Origin: Candidatus Iainarchaeum sp.
GTDB taxonomy: Archaea; Micrarchaeota; Micrarchaeia; Anstonellales; Bilamarchaeaceae
Direction of reading: 5' to 3'
DNA length: 46,718 bases
NCBI GenBank assembly: GCA_028713495.1
Contig: JAQTOF010000002.1
Span: 1-46,718 of the forward strand
This document shows positions 8,795 to 17,003 of this stretch, piece after piece; position 1 is the first letter of the stretch, and each line of letters starts with the position of its first letter. The position numbers and the translations under genes were made by a program. The notes under the pieces are model-generated. The model was not told where the DNA came from. It searched no databases and worked only from the letters and a program-made list of their open reading frames with translations.

Positions 8795-10531
8795 TCATCT
8801 CTTTTTCTCCTTGCCTTTACGGCCCAGCATATAGTATGCCGCCACTGCCAAGAGCACCAGCAGGACTATCCCACCTAGGAGCAGGAGCAGAGGGAACTGC
8901 GTCTCCAGCGGCACGATGTAGGCTGCCTTCTTCATGAGGAAACCTTCCCTGCCGCCGTAGTCTACATACACTGTGACTTCCTTGTTGGCATCCAGGTCTG
9001 CCTGGCTGATCTCAAGCGGGAACTCTTCGACCATCATGGAGCCACGCTCAAGCGTCTTCGTGCCTGAGCTGCTTATGTTGGTCGGTACGCCACCGATGTT
9101 GAGGCTAAGCTTGGTGAAGAGATAGGCCGGACCGTTTCCAAGGTTCTGGAGGGTGACGAGCACGCTCTTCTTGTCGGCATCGTATTTGACATATTTGACT
9201 GTCACGTTGGAGGTGTCGGTGTAGCTCACACTCGTGAGCGGACCTTCTTTTGTGGTGTATTCTTCCAATGATTTCTTGGAGCTGCCATACTTGACTATGA
9301 CCGTGGCAGTCACTGAACCCTCAGAGACTCCCGAGAGATCCAGCGGGTATTCACTGCCTGCCTGTTCACCGCGCTCTATGAGCTTTGTTTCATTGCTGCC
9401 GAGCAATTTGTAGTCTTGCCCATTGACCTTTATGCGGACCTCGACAGCATAGTAGGCAGAGCCTTCGCCGATGTTGCCCACGCTAACCATGACCTTGTTG
9501 TTGTCCTTGTTGTAGATTATCTCTGTGACCTCAAGGCTGGGCTGGTATGCCGGCATGCTGAATGTGTCCAGCACAAGGACACTGGTGCCTGCGGACGGTA
9601 CGACCTGAGCGAACTTCACTGTTATGCCGAAGGTCTTGTTCAGACCCTCTGCCTTGAACTCATTCACCATCCGTTCGCGCATATCGTATATCGGCACGAC
9701 CAGATCATTGCCCACCAACATCACGCCGGTGAGCTTCCCATCCCGCACGTACTGCTTGATGAAGTCGTATGTTCCCTGGGGGACCAGCCGTCCTGTGAGC
9801 AGGATGGGCTGCTTGCCCTCTGCCATGCCTTCTTCTATGAATGTGCCGTCAACGACCAATGGCGATTTCAGCGAGAACTCGTCCATGGTCTTCTTCACCA
9901 TGATGATATTGTCTTCGTACTTATCTTCGCCTTTGCCCAAAATCTCTGGGTTGAATTCAGCGAGCTCGTCCTTGACTTCCTGATCAACGAGCCCGAAGAT
10001 GATTATCTTATCAGCATCCTTCACAGTCTCTTTTACAGAGGCGATGTTATTGCTGTTGGCAAGTATGACATATGATTTCGTGAGCGCGGCATAGGGTAGG
10101 ACTGATAACGCGCTATCCGAGTAGGATGAATCTACTATGATGAAGCTTGTCGCTCCGGATCTCTTGGCAAGGTCAAGGTTGGTTGCTGAAGCATCGGTTG
10201 ATGTGTAGACAGTGACTGTGTTGTTTTTGTTCTTTAGGTTGGATTCGACGAAACTGCTGATGGGGGTGCTTCCCTGGATGAGCAGGATGTCGTGATTTGA
10301 GCCCACCTTGGCAGCGAATACGTCAGCATTGCCGCCTGGGAGAGGCATGAATTTGACTGGGAGGCCCATGGCGTTGGCGTAGAAGATGCCTGAAAGAACA
10401 TCCCTGCCATCATTGGAATTTATGGCGACAAAATCCTCTGCGTAAGCCGTCAAGATGAGCGCAAGCATGAATAACGCGATTATCGGAAGCCTCATACACC
10501 TCTCCTCCCTTTTGTTGCTTTTTTCGCGCAA
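8795..10531 (-). CDS. Secreted, membrane-anchored surface protein with CWB2-like alpha/beta modules followed by Ig/CARDB-like beta modules.
   Basis: In the ORF track. The probable start is ATG 10495 (MRLPIIALFMLALILTAYA signal peptide). The N-terminal half has repeated modules reminiscent of cell-wall-binding repeat 2 (e.g. DVLSGIFYANAMGLPV, SDSALSVLPYAALTKSYVIL). The C-terminal half is beta-rich (EVTEIIYNKDNNKVMVSVGNIGEGSAYY). It ends in a TM helix plus RKGKEKKR. The domain names are recollection, not a search. Confidence 0.75.
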   Translation of the reverse strand: MREKSNKREERCMRLPIIALFMLALILTAYAEDFVAINSNDGRDVLSGIFYANAMGLPVKFMPLPGGNADVFAAKVGSNHDILLIQGSTPISSFVESNLKNKNNTVTVYTSTDASATNLDLAKRSGATSFIIVDSSYSDSALSVLPYAALTKSYVILANSNNIASVKETVKDADKIIIFGLVDQEVKDELAEFNPEILGKGEDKYEDNIIMVKKTMDEFSLKSPLVVDGTFIEEGMAEGKQPILLTGRLVPQGTYDFIKQYVRDGKLTGVMLVGNDLVVPIYDMRERMVNEFKAEGLNKTFGITVKFAQVVPSAGTSVLVLDTFSMPAYQPSLEVTEIIYNKDNNKVMVSVGNIGEGSAYYAVEVRIKVNGQDYKLLGSNETKLIERGEQAGSEYPLDLSGVSEGSVTATVIVKYGSSKKSLEEYTTKEGPLTSVSYTDTSNVTVKYVKYDADKKSVLVTLQNLGNGPAYLFTKLSLNIGGVPTNISSSGTKTLERGSMMVEEFPLEISQADLDANKEVTVYVDYGGREGFLMKKAAYIVPLETQFPLLLLLGGIVLLVLLAVAAYYMLGRKGKEKKR

Positions 10532-10584
10532 AGCCGCGCAAGGACGAAATGAAAGAAAAATGAAAAAAGAAAGGATGTACTACT

Positions 10585-11259
10585 TCAGTTCAGCTCTGCA
10601 TAGAAGTAATACGTCTCTATACCGCCAGGAGTGGTCGGAACCATGACCTGGTAGTTTGCAGTAGAGTCGTCATAAGCTGCTTTGGAATCCATGTTCACAC
10701 AGAACGCGAAGTTATCTTCAGTTGTGTTCCCAGCGTCCTTAACAAGACATGTGTCCCATCCACCAGCAGTCGTGACATTCGCGGTGTCGCTGATTGCAGT
10801 GATGCCATCTAAGGTGAGGTCGCAGTCTGCTGTTGTGAAGGTGTTTGCAGCGTTGTCGGATGCAGATCCGAGGCCGAACACAGTGTCGACATCTGGCACA
10901 AAAGTAAGCCCGGCAGTAACTGCGCTGCCCCAGGCATATGTGCTGTCGGTAGACAGGCATACCTCGCCGTCACCACCTGTCCAGACCCATGAGTAAACCG
11001 CGTCGGCTGCGCTGTCCTGCAACACGATCGTACCAGTCACATTACCGAAGTATGCAGCCCACCTGTCGGTGAGTGACATACCAGTGACGTTAACCGCGCT
11101 TATGTTGCCGCCTTCAGTGACATCTGAGCCACTAGAAGAATAGTTGCTCCACCTGGCTTTATCTTGAACCAGAGTAACAGTCGCACCGCTGATTGCCATT
11201 ACCAATCCAGCTCCTAAGAGCATGACCCAAAACAGGCCAAATATTGTTTTTGTATTCAT
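10585..11259 (-). CDS. Small secreted protein, first gene of the surface cluster.
   Basis: In the ORF track. AGGTGAT Shine-Dalgarno about 7 nt upstream of ATG 11259. Signal peptide (IFGLFWVMLLGAGLVMAISGA). Carries a TEGGNISAVNVT motif shared with 7766..8788. There is no C-terminal anchor. Confidence 0.8.
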   Translation of the reverse strand: MNTKTIFGLFWVMLLGAGLVMAISGATVTLVQDKARWSNYSSSGSDVTEGGNISAVNVTGMSLTDRWAAYFGNVTGTIVLQDSAADAVYSWVWTGGDGEVCLSTDSTYAWGSAVTAGLTFVPDVDTVFGLGSASDNAANTFTTADCDLTLDGITAISDTANVTTAGGWDTCLVKDAGNTTEDNFAFCVNMDSKAAYDDSTANYQVMVPTTPGGIETYYFYAELN

Positions 11260-11395
11260 TGGGTATCACCTGGTCGCTAAAGACCTGGTCTGTAAGATAA
11301 CAATATACTAACCAGACCTTGAACTGGCTACACCTGTAATATTTATAAACATGCGCCCGTTTTTCTGACGAAAGCGCAGACGTGAAAATAAAACG

Positions 11396-12157
11396 TCATC
11401 TCTCCACGGTCTTGCTCTTCCCATTCGGCAATATCTCAAGCAGCGCGTCAGGGTGGACGTCATACCGCTTCGCGAGCGATTTGGCGATCGCCCCTTTGTC
11501 TTTTCCTGATTTGGACGGGACCAGAACGAGCGCGTTTTTTATGGTGGTTTTTGAAATGGACGGGACAAGCACGAGCAGGCTTTTCTCATCCTTCCCTATG
11601 CGCAATTCCAGCTTCGTGTCCCTGAACCAGATCCTTTCTCCGGAAATGGCGAAAGCGCCGGTCGGGATGAACCCGCCGGAAACATGTTTTGATAATTGAG
11701 CTTTCTTCACTGCATAGACATCCACAGACGCGTTCGCGTTTATCCATGCCTTTGAGAAAGATGCAGCAAACTGCGCTGCCTCTTTCAATTCTTCTTCTTT
11801 TGCTTCAATCCCATCCTTCAATACCACTGCTGAAGCGCCCTGTATGTCCGCATGGAAGAACAAATCCTTATCCTCCATGTGTTTCGCGAATATCTGGTCA
11901 TTCTGCTGCGCATTACGCCCGCCGATCATCAGATGGCCGGCAGAAGTGAAGCAGGAATGGAACTTCTCGTACCATTCCTTCTGCCTTTTGGTGCGTACCT
12001 CTTTCTTCTTCCCTTTCTTGGCGTTCCCGATCTCCTTTTTCGTCTCTTCTATGGCTTTCTCCACGCCTGCGATCTTCTCCCTGCTCTCCTTTGCCAGCTC
12101 GTAGTAGTGGGCAGCATTCTCGTGGACGGATTTCTCGTAGAAGAGCTTGAGGTCCAT
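11396..12157 (-). CDS. NFACT-R (DUF814) domain protein, a truncated RqcH/NEMF/FbpA-like ribosome quality-control factor.
   Basis: In the ORF track. Lys/Glu coiled-coil segment, then WYEKFH...GHLMIGGRNAQQNDQIFAKHMEDKDLFFHADIQGASAVVLKDG, which matches the NFACT-R/DUF814 core. No NFACT-N domain is encoded. Confidence 0.75.
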   Translation of the reverse strand: MDLKLFYEKSVHENAAHYYELAKESREKIAGVEKAIEETKKEIGNAKKGKKKEVRTKRQKEWYEKFHSCFTSAGHLMIGGRNAQQNDQIFAKHMEDKDLFFHADIQGASAVVLKDGIEAKEEELKEAAQFAASFSKAWINANASVDVYAVKKAQLSKHVSGGFIPTGAFAISGERIWFRDTKLELRIGKDEKSLLVLVPSISKTTIKNALVLVPSKSGKDKGAIAKSLAKRYDVHPDALLEILPNGKSKTVER

Positions 12158-12186
12158 GTGATTATAAGAGACGGCATGAAATATAA

Positions 12187-13164
12187 TTGCAGCTGATGAA
12201 AAGCAGTGTGATGAGAGTCCGTTCCATAGATGCTTTCCGAGGCCTTGCGATAGTGCTGATGGTGTTCTTCACGCTCACCTTCGTGTTCAGCAGGAGCCTG
12301 CCGGACCTGATCACGCATAATGTCGCTGGTTCCTTGCATCTCGGCGATTTCGTTTTGCCTTTATTCCTTTTCGCCAGCGGCATGTCGCTTGTCTTCTTCC
12401 ATGAGAAACGGAAGGGGAACAAGGCGCGGGAGTATATCCTGGATGTCATTGAACGGTTCGGGAAGCTGGTGCTGATATCCTTCTTCATATCGCCATTCTC
12501 TGCTGGCGGGTTCCTGCAGATGGATGAGGTGATGCTGAGCGCCGTATTGTTCCTTGTTTGTATATTGCTGATAGGACTGCCTGACACATTGCTTGTGCTG
12601 ATCGCTTTGGCTGTTTTCGGATTGTATTTCGCGCTTTCTGACCTTTCATTATTGCCGGATTTCAGCGCTTATTATCTTGGAGGATATCCTGCTGCGATCT
12701 TCTATCTTCCCGTGATGCTTGGCGGAGTGATCGCAGGGAAACGGGTGATGGAAAGAAAGGAGCTGACCACTGCGCTTTTAGGCGCAGGCATGTTGTTCGT
12801 GGTTCTGCTGTTGATTGTGCCGCCATACAAAAGCGATGCCACCCCATCGTTCATGGCGCTTTCTATCTTGCTTTCGCTGGTGGTTTTTGTTTTGGTTGAA
12901 ACTGCACTGAAACAATTGAACAAGAAACGCGAGGGTGTGTTGGAGTATTTGGGAAGGCAGCCGATAAGATATTGGGTGCTGATGTTCGTGATGGTGAAGA
13001 TACCGGTCGAGGTCTATGCGTTTTCTGCAGGATTGGAACTGCCTTTGGAATTAGGATGGACGAATGCTGTGCTCATCGCAGTGGTATGCGTACCGGTGCT
13101 TTATGCAGTCTCCAAAGGGATCGACCTTATTTTGCTAAAGCCTCAGCCTAAGAAGAAGCGCTGA
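12187..13164 (+). CDS. Heparan-alpha-glucosaminide N-acetyltransferase-like (DUF1624) membrane acyltransferase.
   Basis: In the ORF track. The N-terminal RVRSIDAFRGLAIVLMVFF signature is followed by multiple TM helices. The likely real start is ATG 12196 or ATG 12211; a TATA-like aaatataat at ~12179-12187 lies about 28 nt upstream of 12211. Confidence 0.7.
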   Translation: MQLMKSSVMRVRSIDAFRGLAIVLMVFFTLTFVFSRSLPDLITHNVAGSLHLGDFVLPLFLFASGMSLVFFHEKRKGNKAREYILDVIERFGKLVLISFFISPFSAGGFLQMDEVMLSAVLFLVCILLIGLPDTLLVLIALAVFGLYFALSDLSLLPDFSAYYLGGYPAAIFYLPVMLGGVIAGKRVMERKELTTALLGAGMLFVVLLLIVPPYKSDATPSFMALSILLSLVVFVLVETALKQLNKKREGVLEYLGRQPIRYWVLMFVMVKIPVEVYAFSAGLELPLELGWTNAVLIAVVCVPVLYAVSKGIDLILLKPQPKKKR

Positions 13165-13824
13165 TAATCCCATCGCAGGGATGTCAGTGGAAAGCCTGAC
13201 CGAGCTGCCTTTGCTGTCAGTCCATTCAACAGGGATTTCAGTGACCTTCAGACCGTTCTTCTGAGCCCGGATAAGAAGCTCGCTATCCCAGAACCAGTGC
13301 TTGTCTTCCACTTCATTGAGGAGATGCAGGATTTTCGACTTCCTGAATGCCTTGAATCCGCACTGGTGGTCATGGATAGAGGTCCTGAAAAGCGCCCTCA
13401 GCATGAGATTGTAGCCCCTGCTGAAGAATTCCCTGAGGAAGCTGCGGCTGTGCACCTTTGAACCAGGTGCAAGGCGCGAGCCCGTGGATATGTCTGCGCC
13501 GTTCTCCACTTCTCTGATCAGCTCTTTCAGATGCTTCAGATCAGTGGCCAAATCCGCGTCCATATATACTACTATGTCCCCTTTCGCGGCTTTGATCGCG
13601 TTATTAAGGGCAAGGCCGCGGCCGAGTTTTTTTTCCGAAGCCAGGAGGCGTATCTTCGCTGATGCTAGCTTTCCTGCGATCTGCCTGGTGTTGTCTGTGC
13701 TGCCGTCTTCTGCGAGGATTATCTCGTAATCAAGGCCGAGGCTGTCCGCAGCCTTCCTGATTTTCTGGAAGTTGGCTGACAGGGCAGCGGCTTCGTTATG
13801 AAGAGGGATTATGAACGATATCAT
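13135..13824 (-). CDS. Family 2 glycosyltransferase.
   Basis: In the ORF track. GT2 motifs ISFIIPLHNE, ILAEDGSTDNT and YMDADLATD. Overlaps the convergent gene 12187..13164 by 30 nt. Confidence 0.85.
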   Translation of the reverse strand: MISFIIPLHNEAAALSANFQKIRKAADSLGLDYEIILAEDGSTDNTRQIAGKLASAKIRLLASEKKLGRGLALNNAIKAAKGDIVVYMDADLATDLKHLKELIREVENGADISTGSRLAPGSKVHSRSFLREFFSRGYNLMLRALFRTSIHDHQCGFKAFRKSKILHLLNEVEDKHWFWDSELLIRAQKNGLKVTEIPVEWTDSKGSSVRLSTDIPAMGLSALLLRLRL

Positions 13825-13826
13825 AC

Positions 13827-14456
13827 GTGGAATGTATCAGTCAATCAGGCGTTTTTAATATGTTGCGTCCGCGTATCCATCTTATGCATAAGAAGAATCC
13901 GATATCTATGCTTTTCCTCAAAGCCCGCCATAGGAAGACCGCAGGGCTGCTGGATGGCGTCGTTCCCAAAAGCGTCCTTGATGTCGGTTGCGATGATGGC
14001 CGTTTCCTCAGGATGCTGGCCGAGGCATACCCCAAAGCGACCCTCTACGGCTGTGATTCCGATCCTGAGGCGGCGAGGGAAGCGCGCGATGCCTGCCCTT
14101 CAGCTGCCATAGTGCAAGGGGACTTCATGAAGCTGGATTTCAAGCCCGTGGACGTGGTGGTGATGCTCGAGGTGCTTGAGCATGCATCGGAACCGGTCCC
14201 CATGCTGAAGAAGGCGGCGGCCCTGGTAGGGAAGAAAGGCCGCGTGCTTGTGAGCATACCGAGACCTGAGCTGCTGAGGTGGCGCCTGGTATGGAGCTTA
14301 TGGTCGAATACCTTCGGGAGGAGGTGGCATGGCCAGCACAGGCACCTAACCGAAGCCGAACTGACCGAGGCGGCTGCCCGGTGCGGCCTCAAAGTGGAAA
14401 AAAGGCAGCGTTTCTTTTTAGGATGCATATCCATGACCCTGTTCAGACAGATGTAA
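13827..14456 (+). CDS. Class I SAM-dependent methyltransferase.
   Basis: In the ORF track. SAM-binding motif VLDVGCDDGRF and VVVMLEVLEH. In-frame alternative starts are ATG 13860 and ATG 13884; a TATA-like tttttaatat at ~13852-13861 lies upstream. Confidence 0.8.
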   Translation: MECISQSGVFNMLRPRIHLMHKKNPISMLFLKARHRKTAGLLDGVVPKSVLDVGCDDGRFLRMLAEAYPKATLYGCDSDPEAAREARDACPSAAIVQGDFMKLDFKPVDVVVMLEVLEHASEPVPMLKKAAALVGKKGRVLVSIPRPELLRWRLVWSLWSNTFGRRWHGQHRHLTEAELTEAAARCGLKVEKRQRFFLGCISMTLFRQM

Positions 14457-14468
14457 GGTGCGGCCCAC

Positions 14469-16331
14469 ATGAAGCTGATCGGCGTTCCGCTTGAGCAACT
14501 GCTTTTGTGCCTTCTCATAACCTCAGTCCTGACTTTCCTGTTCTTCTATCCGGCAATCTCGGATTTCGGCAACACGCTCCTTGGAGTGGATGACATCCAT
14601 TTCTTCATGTGGCTTTTCTGGCATTATGGGCAGAGCCTGGAAAGCGGCAGCAACCCGCTGCTCGCGAACGAGACATACTACCCTTACGGAGTGAGCCTTG
14701 CGGCATCCACCATAACGCCCCTGCAGGGGGTTTTGTACCTCATTTTGCCTCAAGCATGGGGGGTTTTCGGAAGGATCACGTTCCTGCAGGTGCTGCCATT
14801 CATCCTTGGCGGCGTCTTCGCGTTCGCCCTGGCTTATAGGTTCTCAGGATCGTTCGGACCGTCCCTTATCGCATCTTTCATCTACAATTTCTCTGCATTC
14901 CATTTCGAGAAGGCCCTCCATCATCTTAATTACAACATGGCGATGCCGTTCATCCCGCTCTTTTTCCTTTTCTACTATGAATCGGTCTCGCGGCCATCAA
15001 AAGAGAGGCCGCTCCTTCTGCTTAGCCTTGCGCTCCTCCTGACCGCCTTGTGCGAGTTCACAGTTGCCATCATGATAGGATTCATCATCTTCCTGGATAT
15101 ATGCTGGCGTTATCTCAAGGACTCCGGCATCGATCCGCTTTCAGTGAGGAATGCGCCGCTTATAGCGGCAAGCATCATAGTTTCGGTCGTCCTGTTCGAT
15201 GGGCTGGCTGTGCTAGGGGCACCTCTTCCGCTCGTATATACCGTGCCGTCTTTGTCGTTCATAGGGACGTGCCTGTTCCTGGTGCTCGGCAAGCAGAACC
15301 TCATCCGCTGTGAAAAAGAACGTCGTTACCTCACGGATATGGCCGTGTGCGCAGCACCTTTGCTGATTTATGCGCTGGTGCTGTATCTTCAGCCGAGCTA
15401 CACGTTCCTGGCGGATACCGTCCTCGGCAATTATGTGGCTTGGTCCGTACCCATCGATTTCGTGCTGTGGCCCTCGGAGCTGCAGGAGATCTCACACGCG
15501 GGCATCTTCACCCCACTTGCCGCATCCACTGAATCAGGGGTCTACCTGGGCCCTGTGATCCTCCTTCTGGTGGTCGGCTCGTATCTGGCAGGCAAGGCCG
15601 GTGAGGAAGAGGGGTATTTCAGGAACATGTTCTGGCTGTGCCTCCTTTTCGCATTCCCTGTCGTGGGCATAGGCGACGCCATCGTGGCTGTGACGCCATT
15701 CTTCGTAGGACCGCTCTTCCCCATGCTCGGCGTCCTGAGGGACCCGTCCAGGTTCATCATGTTCGCCCTCCTGTTCCTCTCGGTCGCGATAGCGCTGTTC
15801 TGTACCAGATTGAGACACGGAGGGAAGCGTTGGCTCAGCCTCGCGATCGCGGCGGCCCTGCTGGTTTCGGTATGGCCGGCCCTATGGACCTTCAGGTTCG
15901 ACACCACCGTCCCTGGATTCTATGCCCAGCTCGCTGAAGACGATTCTGATGCCAGGATTTTCCTTTATCCGAACGGGAATTACTACACCATGCTGGAACA
16001 GACATATTACCAGACGCTGCATGGGAAAACCCTTTCGGTTGGGACGCTCTCGAGACTTCCGAAAGAGGGCAATGAGCTTTATCGCCTCTACTTTTATTCC
16101 GAGACGCATCTGGATGCGGGTGAAGTAGCCGCCATCGCGCGCAGGAACGGCTATGATTACATGGTGGTCCAGAAACTCCGTTGCGACGAGATCTCTGAGT
16201 GCTTTTATGGGACCCCAGGCACCATAGACGCGGAAAAACTTGAGAATGTGACCAGGCCGCTTGAAAACGAATTCGGAAAGCCGATCTATGAGGACAGTAC
16301 CATCATCGTCTATAAAATCGATGCGGACTGA
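14469..16331 (+). CDS. Large polytopic membrane protein with a C-terminal soluble domain, possibly a GT-C-type glycosyltransferase.
   Basis: In the ORF track. Many hydrophobic helices across ~470 aa, then a hydrophilic ~130-aa tail. It is embedded in the glycosylation cluster. The function is inferred from topology and context only. Confidence 0.6.
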   Translation: MKLIGVPLEQLLLCLLITSVLTFLFFYPAISDFGNTLLGVDDIHFFMWLFWHYGQSLESGSNPLLANETYYPYGVSLAASTITPLQGVLYLILPQAWGVFGRITFLQVLPFILGGVFAFALAYRFSGSFGPSLIASFIYNFSAFHFEKALHHLNYNMAMPFIPLFFLFYYESVSRPSKERPLLLLSLALLLTALCEFTVAIMIGFIIFLDICWRYLKDSGIDPLSVRNAPLIAASIIVSVVLFDGLAVLGAPLPLVYTVPSLSFIGTCLFLVLGKQNLIRCEKERRYLTDMAVCAAPLLIYALVLYLQPSYTFLADTVLGNYVAWSVPIDFVLWPSELQEISHAGIFTPLAASTESGVYLGPVILLLVVGSYLAGKAGEEEGYFRNMFWLCLLFAFPVVGIGDAIVAVTPFFVGPLFPMLGVLRDPSRFIMFALLFLSVAIALFCTRLRHGGKRWLSLAIAAALLVSVWPALWTFRFDTTVPGFYAQLAEDDSDARIFLYPNGNYYTMLEQTYYQTLHGKTLSVGTLSRLPKEGNELYRLYFYSETHLDAGEVAAIARRNGYDYMVVQKLRCDEISECFYGTPGTIDAEKLENVTRPLENEFGKPIYEDSTIIVYKIDAD

Positions 16332-17003
16332 TCAGGTGAAGCGGAGCCTGATGATGTCCAGGACATAGGTGAATATCTCGCCAGCGCCTAATTTCGTCCG
16401 GCCTGAATGGCGGTCGCTGAAGACATAGGGCACTTCGCTTATCCTGATGCGAGGGTTGTCCGCGAGGATATTGAGCAGGATTTTGTACCCGCGGGTGCGG
16501 AACTTGGTCTTCTTGAATACCTCTTTCCGGATGGCGAAAAAGCCGCTCATCGGATCAGAGACGGATACGCCTAGCATGGCACGCGCAAGGAAGTCGGCGC
16601 CGATAGATATGATTTTCCTGTGGAACGGCCAGGACGCCACCCCACCGCCTTCAAGCATCCTGCTGCCGATGACAAGATCGTGGTTATCCAGCGCAGACAC
16701 CAATGCAGGGACTTTTTCCGGCGGATGGGAAATGTCGCTGTCCATGATCACCAGATATCCGCCTTTGGCAGCTGCGGCACCTGCCACTATGGCAGCGGTC
16801 AGCCCCTGCTTTTTCTTCCGCTTCAGCAGGCGGACACAGCGATATGTTTTCATCGCCTCTTCTACGCAGGATGCGGTGCCATCAGGAGAATTGTCATCCA
16901 CGAATATCACCTCATGCTCTTTGTTGAGGCTCTTCTCAAGCCGCGACAGCAGAGGGATGATATTGTCACGCTCGTTGTACGTCGGGATGATGATCGATAG
17001 CAC
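16332..17003 (-). CDS. Polyprenol/dolichol-phosphate mannose synthase-like GT2 (Dpm1-like).
   Basis: In the ORF track. LSIIIPTYNERDNI, VIFVDDNSPDGT and IMDSDISHPPEKV (a DADLSHHP-type motif). The GTG start at 17003 directly abuts the stop of 17004..18479. Confidence 0.85.
   Translation of the reverse strand: MLSIIIPTYNERDNIIPLLSRLEKSLNKEHEVIFVDDNSPDGTASCVEEAMKTYRCVRLLKRKKKQGLTAAIVAGAAAAKGGYLVIMDSDISHPPEKVPALVSALDNHDLVIGSRMLEGGGVASWPFHRKIISIGADFLARAMLGVSVSDPMSGFFAIRKEVFKKTKFRTRGYKILLNILADNPRIRISEVPYVFSDRHSGRTKLGAGEIFTYVLDIIRLRFT

Noticed and set aside
11279-11330. Near-palindrome AGACCTGGTCT and the nearby CAGACC upstream of the surface-protein cluster, as an operator.
   Set aside because: It is a single short imperfect element and the second half-site does not match as an inverted repeat. 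That is insufficient to call.
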